Positions 55,871 to 63,213 of a DNA stretch of 64,000 nt are shown here, piece after piece. The position numbers and the translations under genes were made by a program. This DNA is from a virus. Its lineage: Duplodnaviria > Caudoviricetes. Location of the stretch: the IMG/VR virus record IMGVR_UViG_3300031420_000495, positions 128,001-192,000 of that record. One strand, given 5' to 3'. How positions within the stretch are numbered: the stretch's first letter is position 1; each line of letters starts with the position of its first letter. A model generated the notes under the pieces. The model had not been told where the DNA came from, did not search any database, and was given only the letters and a program-made list of their open reading frames with translations.

Positions 55871-55896
55871 GAAAAAGGGACCTCACGGTCCCTTTT
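55871..55896. terminator. intrinsic terminator, identical to 41499-41524
   Basis: gaaaaagggacc-tcac-ggtccctttt. Confidence 0.85.
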
Positions 55897-55918
55897 CTTA
55901 TTTGTCAGCTAATGCTAT
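55891..55918. repeat. 28-bp element, perfect inverted copy of 24323-24350
   Basis: ccttttcttatttgtcagctaatgctat. Confidence 0.9.
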
Positions 55919-56205
55919 TATTTCTGCGTTTGCTTGATACCTGCCGGATTCAGTGTGTAATCGCTGAATGTGTAGCAGTCGTCGATGAGACGCACGAGTT
56001 GGCGAGCCTGTTCTTCCGTGAGGAAGTTCGGGTCTTCAACTTCAACTGAGCCATCGAGCGCACCGTAGTATTCCATGTCGACCAAGCGGACACGGTTGTC
56101 TCCGTCATTTACGACGAGCCATTTTTCTCCCGGCGAACCCTCAATAGTGGAACCAGCCCCAAAATTCTTGAGGCTGATGTCCGAGGGCTTTGAATTCCTG
56201 AACAT
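55918..56205 (-). CDS. hypothetical protein (95 aa)
   Basis: AAGGAG RBS; downstream of spoVR. Confidence 0.7.
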   Translation of the reverse strand: MFRNSKPSDISLKNFGAGSTIEGSPGEKWLVVNDGDNRVRLVDMEYYGALDGSVEVEDPNFLTEEQARQLVRLIDDCYTFSDYTLNPAGIKQTQK

Positions 56206-56217
56206 CAGTTCTCCTTT

Positions 56218-57720
56218 TTAGCAGTCGATTTCTACCGCGTAACCCCACAGGTAGTCGATATGATCGGTGACCAGATCAGCATCGGCCAGGTCCAGCGTAC
56301 GGCCCTTGTATGGAATGTACTCGAGTTTCAACGTACGATCGCCTTCGAGGTCGGCGGATTTCACGACGATCTGCGGCACATAGTTGATACGTTCCATGCT
56401 GCGAGCCAGCGCATTGCGAATGTTGCGATAGCCGACTTCATCGTGGATTTCGCTCACGATCGCAGTGATGTGGCCGTCGTCATCGTCGCCTTCGTCAGGT
56501 TGACCTTGATCGTACGAGATGGTGAACAACCGCAGATCACGGATGACCTTCGGCGAAAGCCACTGCGCGATGAAGCTGTCGTCGCGGTATTCGAACGCGG
56601 CTTCTTTTACAGCATCTTGCCACTTGCGGCCCATCAGATGCGGGAACCATTCACGATCTTCGTCGGTCGGATTCTCGCACATGCGCTTGACGTCCATCAG
56701 GATCGCGAATCCGAGTGCGTACGGATTCGGTCCGCTGTACCAGCGATCACGATACACCGGCTGGTAGATCACCGCACTGTGGCTTTCCAGGAAGAACAGG
56801 AAAGCGTCCGGCGAGATGAAACCCTTTTCTTCCAGGCGGGTCATGATGTAGTAGTGGCAGAACGATGCGAAGCCTTCGTTCAGGTTCTTCGTCTGGCCCT
56901 GCGGGTAGAAGTACTGGTTGACCTTGTAGACGATGCGGATGATTTCGCGTTTCCACTGCGGCAAGTTCGGCGAATACTTCATGATGAAGTACAGCAGGTT
57001 TTCTTCTTCCTCGACCGAGTCCTCGGCATCATGCTCGCTCAGGTCGACCTCGCGGAACGACGTCTTCTTGAGGATGATGTCCAGCTCTTTTTGCTTCTGG
57101 TCTTCGTCGGCCAGCAACTTGATGAGGCGTGCTTCTTCGCCCATGCGCGGTTGGTGCTTGCGCTTGAACTTGTCGACACCGTGTGGTGCCAGCGCGTGCG
57201 CAGCATCGAGAACCATCTCGACTTCTTCCTCGCCGTAACGTTCTTCGCACTGGCGAATGTAGTCGCGTGCGAAGATCATGTAGTCGATGATCGAGCCGGC
57301 GTTGGTCCACTGCTTGAAGCATTCGTTGTTCTTGAACACTGCATTGTGACCGATTGCCGCGTGTGCCATCACCATGGTTTGCATGACCATGTTGTTGTCT
57401 TCCATCAGGTAGCTGATACACGGATTCGTGTTGATCACGATTTCGTATGCCAGACCCTGACGGCCGGACTGATACGCTCGGTGGGACTTCAAGAAGTCTT
57501 TACCGAACGACCAGTGATTGTAGTGGATCGGCAGACCCACGGACGAGTATGCGTCGAGCATTTGCTCAGCCGAAATGATTTCGATCGAGTTCGGATAGAT
57601 GTCGACACCCGGCTTCAGGTGCAACTCCTCCTCGGCGATGATTTCGATTTCTTTCCAAATCCTCTCGATGAGGTTTTGGTTCCAGTCCGTATGGCTGGTG
57701 ATGTACAATGGCTCGCTCAT
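56218..57720 (-). CDS. ycgB: SpoVR/YcgB family protein
   Basis: YNHWSFGKDF, GLAYEIVIN, MAHAAIGHNAVFKNN, PQGQTKNLNEGFASFCHY, NPYALGF. Confidence 0.92.
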   Translation of the reverse strand: MSEPLYITSHTDWNQNLIERIWKEIEIIAEEELHLKPGVDIYPNSIEIISAEQMLDAYSSVGLPIHYNHWSFGKDFLKSHRAYQSGRQGLAYEIVINTNPCISYLMEDNNMVMQTMVMAHAAIGHNAVFKNNECFKQWTNAGSIIDYMIFARDYIRQCEERYGEEEVEMVLDAAHALAPHGVDKFKRKHQPRMGEEARLIKLLADEDQKQKELDIILKKTSFREVDLSEHDAEDSVEEEENLLYFIMKYSPNLPQWKREIIRIVYKVNQYFYPQGQTKNLNEGFASFCHYYIMTRLEEKGFISPDAFLFFLESHSAVIYQPVYRDRWYSGPNPYALGFAILMDVKRMCENPTDEDREWFPHLMGRKWQDAVKEAAFEYRDDSFIAQWLSPKVIRDLRLFTISYDQGQPDEGDDDDGHITAIVSEIHDEVGYRNIRNALARSMERINYVPQIVVKSADLEGDRTLKLEYIPYKGRTLDLADADLVTDHIDYLWGYAVEIDC

Positions 57721-59099
57721 TTCACTTTGCTCCCGCGTTTGCGATAAATCGTTTTGAATGCGTCGAACACTGCATGCTCGTCGGCGATCTTAATCATCGC
57801 CAGCTTCTTGTTGTTCGATGCGATGCTTTGCATCACAGACCACAACGTTTGGCTGCTGCCGAATCCGGCGCCGAATGATTGACCGACTTGCACGTAAACT
57901 GCGTGACGGAGCTTGGACAGCAAACCCGACTCGACGATTTCTTTGACGATGGCAGGATTGTCAGTGTCCCAGTTGTCGCCGTCGCCAGCATACGACACAT
58001 AGATGTTCGTCTGACTTGCGTCATAACGTTCTTTGATGATCGTGTGCAGCAGTGCCCAGGCTGGAGATACAATTGTACCACCAGACTTGCGCGTTGTGAA
58101 GAATTCTTCTTCAGTCAGCTCTTCGGCTTCGTCGGTGTGCGCGATGAAGATCAGGTCAGTTTGCGGGTACTTCTTGACGATGAACGCGTATTGCAGGGTG
58201 AAGAACTTGCGGGCCATACGTTTCTTTTCTTCGTCCATCGAACCCGAGATGTCCATCAGCATGCACAGCACCGCGTCGGATGCTTTGACTTGAACCTTCT
58301 CGGTTTTGCGGTAACGCAGGTCGACTTCTTCGTACAGGCCGATGCCGTCGATCTTTTTCTTCAGTTCAGCGATACGAGTCGAAACAGTTTGCACGCGCTT
58401 CGCCCACAGATCAGTGCTGCCCATCGCGCTTGCATCGAAGTCGTCGGCCATCAGGTATTTCAGCTCGTCTTCGAGTTCCATCAGTTCATCGCGCGAATCT
58501 TTCGTCAGCGCGAGGCGACGTGCCAGCGAATGCTTGAACGACTTGACAACGGCGAGCTGGCCTGGGTTACCAACCTTCTGGAAACCGGCACGCTTCATGA
58601 CGTGCTCAGGCAAATCCTTCTCGTGCGTTTCTTTCAGATCCGGCAGTTCGCAGTCTTCGAAGAAGACGTCGTAGAATTCCGAACGGCTGATGTTGATGAT
58701 GAAATCATCTTCACCGCTTTCGCCGGGTCCATTGCCGCGTCCGCCCTTACCGCTGCCCGAGCCAGTCGACATTGGGAACTCGTCGCCCTTCAACCAAACG
58801 TCGTTACCGATGAGCACGATTTCGTGTTCACCGGAATTGTGATCGTAGTGGAATGTGGGTTCGTTCAGAGCTTGACGCGCGACTTTGACGGGATTGGTTT
58901 GCGAGTTGGCGCCATGGCTCGATCCAGCTTTGTGGACGCCACCAGCATCGATGTCTTCCGGCTTCGCGTTGCGAATCGAATCGCGAATACGCTTCAGCAG
59001 TTTCTGTCGATTGTTTGACGATTTGCCGCGACCAGTTTTGCGGCGGTCCACGAAAATGAAGTTCGTGGTAACTGGTGCTTTTTGGCTTTCATCACTCAT
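57717..59099 (-). CDS. yeaH: YeaH/YhbH (DUF444) vWA-like protein
   Basis: FIFVDRR..GRGKSSNNRQK, VLCMLMDISGSM, FIAHT..A..EEEFF...SGGT.VS, YAGDGDNW; start MSDESQK at 59099. Confidence 0.92.
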   Translation of the reverse strand: MSDESQKAPVTTNFIFVDRRKTGRGKSSNNRQKLLKRIRDSIRNAKPEDIDAGGVHKAGSSHGANSQTNPVKVARQALNEPTFHYDHNSGEHEIVLIGNDVWLKGDEFPMSTGSGSGKGGRGNGPGESGEDDFIINISRSEFYDVFFEDCELPDLKETHEKDLPEHVMKRAGFQKVGNPGQLAVVKSFKHSLARRLALTKDSRDELMELEDELKYLMADDFDASAMGSTDLWAKRVQTVSTRIAELKKKIDGIGLYEEVDLRYRKTEKVQVKASDAVLCMLMDISGSMDEEKKRMARKFFTLQYAFIVKKYPQTDLIFIAHTDEAEELTEEEFFTTRKSGGTIVSPAWALLHTIIKERYDASQTNIYVSYAGDGDNWDTDNPAIVKEIVESGLLSKLRHAVYVQVGQSFGAGFGSSQTLWSVMQSIASNNKKLAMIKIADEHAVFDAFKTIYRKRGSKVK

Positions 59100-59316
59100 T
59101 GCATTTCTCCTTTTTCCGGAACAGCCGTTCAGCTGCAACAGAAGCTGTTGTAGGGAAATTGAATGGCGAATCATCAGACCATTCAATTTCCCGACTTTCA
59201 TGATCTACGACCGTAACAGACTGAGAAAGGCTGAATTTGATTTCATCAACCAAATCAGCCTCACTCAAACCGTCATGGTCCACCACGATCATAGTGATGC
59301 GGTGGACCCTGGCCAT
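59092..59316 (-). CDS. hypothetical protein (74 aa) inserted between prkA and yeaH
   Basis: Coupled on both sides. Confidence 0.7.
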   Translation of the reverse strand: MARVHRITMIVVDHDGLSEADLVDEIKFSLSQSVTVVDHESREIEWSDDSPFNFPTTASVAAERLFRKKEKCNE

Positions 59317-61280
59317 TACGCGCTCTTACGGTTGGCGGTGAACCAGCTCACCAGGATTTGCACCTGATGTTCGGTGTAGCCCTTGTCGATCATGCGCTGC
59401 ACGAAACCTTGATGTTTCTCTTCGGTTTCCTTGTCTTGCTTCGGACCGAACGCGATGACCGGCAGAATCTGTTCCGTAGCCGAGAACATGCGTTTCTCGA
59501 TCACGGTCTTGATCTTTTCGTACTGGTCCCAGCGCGGGCTGTTGCCTTCGTTCTTCGCTTTGTAGCGCAGCACGTAGTGCACGATTTCGTTACGGAAGTC
59601 CTTCGCGTTGGTGATCGCGGCGGCCTTCTCGATTTCTTCCAGCTTGCTGTTGAGCGCTTCGCGGTTCATCAGCGTGTGGGTTTCCGGATCGCGGCACTGC
59701 TCGTCGTTGATCCATGCTTCAGCGAACAGCACGTAGCGTTCGAACATGTTCTGGCCGAAGGAGCTGTACGACTCGAGGTAAGCCGTGCGCAGTTCTTTTT
59801 CCAGGAACTCGAAGTATTTCGGTTGCAGGAAGGACTTGATGAAGTCCATGTATTTCTGCTCGCGTTCTTCCGGCAGACCTTCCTTGCGCACCGATTCCTC
59901 GATGACGTACATCAGGTCGATCGGGTTGGCCTGGAATTCTTCCGGACGCAGGTCGAAGACCGACGACAGAATCTTGAAGGCGAAGCGAGTCGACATACCG
60001 GTCATGCCTTCGTCGATACCAGCGTTGTCGCGGTATTCTTCGTACGGCTTCGCATTCGGCATGCGGTCCTTCACGTTCTCGCCGTTGTACACGGCCAGCT
60101 TCGCGTACAGCGTGCTGTTTTCCGGTTCCTTCAGGCGGGTCAGGATCATGAATTGCGAGAGCATCTTCAGGGTGCCCGGTGCGATTGGTGCATCGCGCAG
60201 GTTCGAGCCCTTCAGCATCTTCTCGTAAATCTTGATTTCTTCGTCGACACGCAGGCAGTACGGCACATCAACGATGAACACGCGGTCCAGGAATGCTTCG
60301 TTGGTCTTGTTGTTGCGGAACGCGAACCATTCGCTTTCGTTCGAGTGCGCCACGATCACGCCCATGTACGGCATTGCCGGAATTGCTTCCGTACCGTTGT
60401 AGTTGTGTTCTTGCGTCGCCATCAGCAGCGGGTTCAGGGTCTTGATGTTCGCCTTGAACATTTCGGCGAAGTCCATCATACCTTGGTTGGTACGGTTCAG
60501 GCCGCCGCTGTACGAGTACGCGTACGGGTGATTCTGCGGATACTGTTCCAGCTTGCGCAGGTCAGTCTTGCCGATCAGCACCGAGACGTCTTGGTTGTTC
60601 TCGTCGCCCGGTTCGACTTTCATGACGCCGATCTGGCGATCTTTGTTCGGATACAGCTTGACCACGCTGAAGCGCGTGATGTCGCCTTCGAATTCCTGCA
60701 GCTTCTGCAGTGCCCAACCCGACAGCACGGTCTGGTTCAGGTAGTTGGCAGGGATGCCTGCGTCGGCGATGACTTCGGCGTGGGTCTCGTCGTTCTTGTC
60801 GAACAGAGCCAGCGGCGATTCGAAGACCGGCGAGGTTGCCAATTCCGGATTCTTCTCGTTCGCATCATGCAGAACGTAGATCGGGAACTTTTCCATCAGT
60901 GCCTTCAGGCGTTCGACGATGGACGACTTACCGCCACCGACCGGGCCTTTCAGGTACAGGATTTGTTTGCTTTCTTCCAGGCCGGCCGAAGCGTGGCGGA
61001 AGTAAGCGGCCAGACGCTCGATTGCGTCTTCGGCGCCGTAGAAGTCCTTGAAGGCTTCGTACACGCGGATTTTCTTGTTGCTGTGGATACGCGACAGACG
61101 GGAGTCTTCGCTCGTATCGACGACCTTTGGTTGGCCGATTGCAGCAACCATGCGTTCCGCTGCGGTCGCGTAGGCCATCTTGTCTTTCTTGCACAGATCG
61201 AGATACTGATCCAGCGTCATGACTTCTGGTTTGGCGAACTTCGCTGCGTAAGACGAAGAGAGTGCGGAAAGATTGCTCAT
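59316..61280 (-). CDS. prkA: PrkA/YeaG AAA+ serine protein kinase
   Basis: KQILYLKGPVGGGKSS, EPGDENNQDVS.L.GK.DLRKL, YSYSGGLNRTNQG, HSNESEW, FLDR. Confidence 0.95.
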   Translation of the reverse strand: MSNLSALSSSYAAKFAKPEVMTLDQYLDLCKKDKMAYATAAERMVAAIGQPKVVDTSEDSRLSRIHSNKKIRVYEAFKDFYGAEDAIERLAAYFRHASAGLEESKQILYLKGPVGGGKSSIVERLKALMEKFPIYVLHDANEKNPELATSPVFESPLALFDKNDETHAEVIADAGIPANYLNQTVLSGWALQKLQEFEGDITRFSVVKLYPNKDRQIGVMKVEPGDENNQDVSVLIGKTDLRKLEQYPQNHPYAYSYSGGLNRTNQGMMDFAEMFKANIKTLNPLLMATQEHNYNGTEAIPAMPYMGVIVAHSNESEWFAFRNNKTNEAFLDRVFIVDVPYCLRVDEEIKIYEKMLKGSNLRDAPIAPGTLKMLSQFMILTRLKEPENSTLYAKLAVYNGENVKDRMPNAKPYEEYRDNAGIDEGMTGMSTRFAFKILSSVFDLRPEEFQANPIDLMYVIEESVRKEGLPEEREQKYMDFIKSFLQPKYFEFLEKELRTAYLESYSSFGQNMFERYVLFAEAWINDEQCRDPETHTLMNREALNSKLEEIEKAAAITNAKDFRNEIVHYVLRYKAKNEGNSPRWDQYEKIKTVIEKRMFSATEQILPVIAFGPKQDKETEEKHQGFVQRMIDKGYTEHQVQILVSWFTANRKSA

Positions 61281-61324
61281 GTTATCACCTATAGTTTGGG
61301 TGTTGACTTTTGGAACGCGTTAAG

Positions 61325-61330
61325 TATTTA
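61325..61330 (-). promoter_or_regulatory. possible late promoter box TAAATA upstream of prkA
   Basis: Hexamer only; AT-rich intergenic context. Confidence 0.4.
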
Positions 61331-61346
61331 GCAGGTTCCGGGATTG

Positions 61347-61763
61347 TTAAACTACTTCACCTTCCGATACGTGGTCAAGATGGTTCATTCTACCATGAAC
61401 TACGGCTCCGGTTTCGATGATTAGTTCGCGATACAGAATTTTTTCAGCCAAGAGCGTTGCGCCGGCTTTTACTGCGAGGGTGCCTTCAACGCGGATCGTT
61501 TTGCAGACGACTTTGCCGGTGATGATGACATTTTGAACTTCGATGTTGAGCTGCTTGTCGATCGGTTCCAGCAGTTGGCCGCCGACGTGGAGGGTTGTCT
61601 TTGCAGAAACTTTACCGTCTACTTGTTCGCCTTGCACGGAAGACAGGTACGCACTTCCCTCGATCAGGGTCGTGGAGTTTGCAGCGATCAGCAGCTCACC
61701 GTGGATAACGGTGCCTTTGCCGATCAGTGAGTCGAAACCGCGGGAGCGAAAAAGTTTGGTCAT
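61347..61763 (-). CDS. bactofilin (polymer-forming cytoskeletal protein)
   Basis: SLIGKGTVIHGEL...IEG...ITGKV.CKTIRVEGTLAVKAGATL.A..I.Y..L.IETGAVVHG beta-solenoid pattern. Confidence 0.85.
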   Translation of the reverse strand: MTKLFRSRGFDSLIGKGTVIHGELLIAANSTTLIEGSAYLSSVQGEQVDGKVSAKTTLHVGGQLLEPIDKQLNIEVQNVIITGKVVCKTIRVEGTLAVKAGATLLAEKILYRELIIETGAVVHGRMNHLDHVSEGEVV

Positions 61764-62317
61764 GTAAAAGTTCTCTTCAAAGTTAAAAAGGTGTAGGAAA
61801 TTCCAGAGTCCGTTTGCGGAGCACTGATGTATTCAAGACTCCATTCTATCCCTATTTTCAACTGATTTAGAACAAATATTTTCCAGTTGACGAGGTCGTG
61901 CTGTAGAGTAACATCTGCGCCCGAGTTCGTATCGACAAGTGTCAAGTAGATACGATCGACAAGTTGCAGGTCAATTGCTTGATCGTAAATGCTTGCACCG
62001 CCGATGATCCAGAGTTCGCCGTCGCAACTGTCCATGAAACTGAGAACCATGTTCTCGAAGTTGTTCACTGGGCAGATGTCTTCGTGATAACCGTTCAGAT
62101 CGCTGGTCACAACGATATTGAAACGATTGGGTAAGCCTTGTGGACGTTTGAACGATTCAAACGTTTTGCGGCCCATGATGACGTCGTGTCCGGTCGTCAA
62201 CTCTTTGAACCGCTGCATGTCGCCGGGTAATTTCCACGGCAGACGTCCATCCGACCAGCCGATCGCGTTCCCACGATCGACGGCCAGAATCATATTGACT
62301 GTATTCTTTGCGCTCAT
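61760..62317 (-). CDS. folA: dihydrofolate reductase
   Basis: MILAVDRGNAIG..GRLPWKLPGDM.RFKELT.GH.VIMGRKTFES, LPNRFNIV, WIIGGASIY. Confidence 0.93.
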   Translation of the reverse strand: MSAKNTVNMILAVDRGNAIGWSDGRLPWKLPGDMQRFKELTTGHDVIMGRKTFESFKRPQGLPNRFNIVVTSDLNGYHEDICPVNNFENMVLSFMDSCDGELWIIGGASIYDQAIDLQLVDRIYLTLVDTNSGADVTLQHDLVNWKIFVLNQLKIGIEWSLEYISAPQTDSGISYTFLTLKRTFT

Positions 62318-62487
62318 TGTTTTCGAAGTTGGTCGCGTCGGTCCAGCCATTGATGAAGTTCGTCGTTGAACTTCTTCACTTCTGCTTCTGTGCAGTCTTG
62401 ACAATCTTCGCAGTCGTAAAGGTTTGCACAGAGCCGACGGATATTACGCTCGCATTCTTCAAGCGCTCGCTGGTTGTTCAGATTCAT
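62314..62487 (-). CDS. small Cys-containing protein (57 aa)
   Basis: Hand translation MNLNNQRALEECERNIRRLCANLYDCEDCQDCTEAEVKKFNDELHQWLDRRDQLRKQ*; ATGA coupling to folA. Confidence 0.6.
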   Translation of the reverse strand: MNLNNQRALEECERNIRRLCANLYDCEDCQDCTEAEVKKFNDELHQWLDRRDQLRKQ

Positions 62488-63145
62488 CATCGTCCTTGTT
62501 CATCATGTGCCTGATGAGCGTCAACTGATTGTTGATTTCGAGCTTCGCATTTTCGAAGATCGCTTCTTGGTCCGGAAAGCGGCGGCGAGCTTCTTTGATG
62601 CGCGGCATGAATTCTTCTTCCGTTTCTTTGACGTAGCGCTCGAGGCGCGCTGGCTTGAATACGCCGAACATCGTCGAGACGTTGTCGCAACGGTCTTTCG
62701 TTTTCACCGGTGCAGTGTCTTCGTCTTCGAAGATGGCATCGAGGCTGTACTCGGGATTTTTCTGTCCCAGTATTTCTTTCGACAGCTTCTTCAGCTTCAT
62801 GGCGATCTTCGCACCCCACTTCTGCTCGACTTCTTCGAGAGAAACCATTTTGCCGGTTTCTTTGTTCGGGTCTTCGACCGCGTCATGCAGGAACGTGAGG
62901 ATGTACACGATCACTGGATTGCGGATGTGTCGATGCATGGTCCGCAGTCGCATGAAGATGCCGAGCTGGTGAATGAACTCAGGGTCACCGCCATTGCGTT
63001 TCCCGTTGTGATGCTCGAGCCCGTACTCGAAGGCAGCTAGCACCTTGAAGTATTCTGGGTCTTGTTCAGCCATGCCGAGCAACCAGTAGCGGGTCGCAAT
63101 CACAAGCTTTTCGAACTTGTTAAGTTTGGTTTCCATGAGTTCCAT
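62459..63145 (-). CDS. HD-domain hydrolase, RelA/SpoT (small alarmone hydrolase/Mesh1)-like
   Basis: HHNGKRNGGDPEFIH, FLHDAVED, LSK, VKTKDRCDNV match HxxxxRxxGxPyxxH / LHDxxED / KxxDRxxN. Confidence 0.8.
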   Translation of the reverse strand: MELMETKLNKFEKLVIATRYWLLGMAEQDPEYFKVLAAFEYGLEHHNGKRNGGDPEFIHQLGIFMRLRTMHRHIRNPVIVYILTFLHDAVEDPNKETGKMVSLEEVEQKWGAKIAMKLKKLSKEILGQKNPEYSLDAIFEDEDTAPVKTKDRCDNVSTMFGVFKPARLERYVKETEEEFMPRIKEARRRFPDQEAIFENAKLEINNQLTLIRHMMNKDDDESEQPASA

Positions 63146-63213
63146 TGTACACCTTTGTGGAGTGTTCTACAATTTATTTTACATTGATGATGTAAAAAGT
63201 TGTCTAGTCAACT

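Noticed and set aside
56260-61331. Long plus-strand ORFs (495, 379, 657 aa)
   Set aside because: Antisense shadows of spoVR, yeaH and prkA
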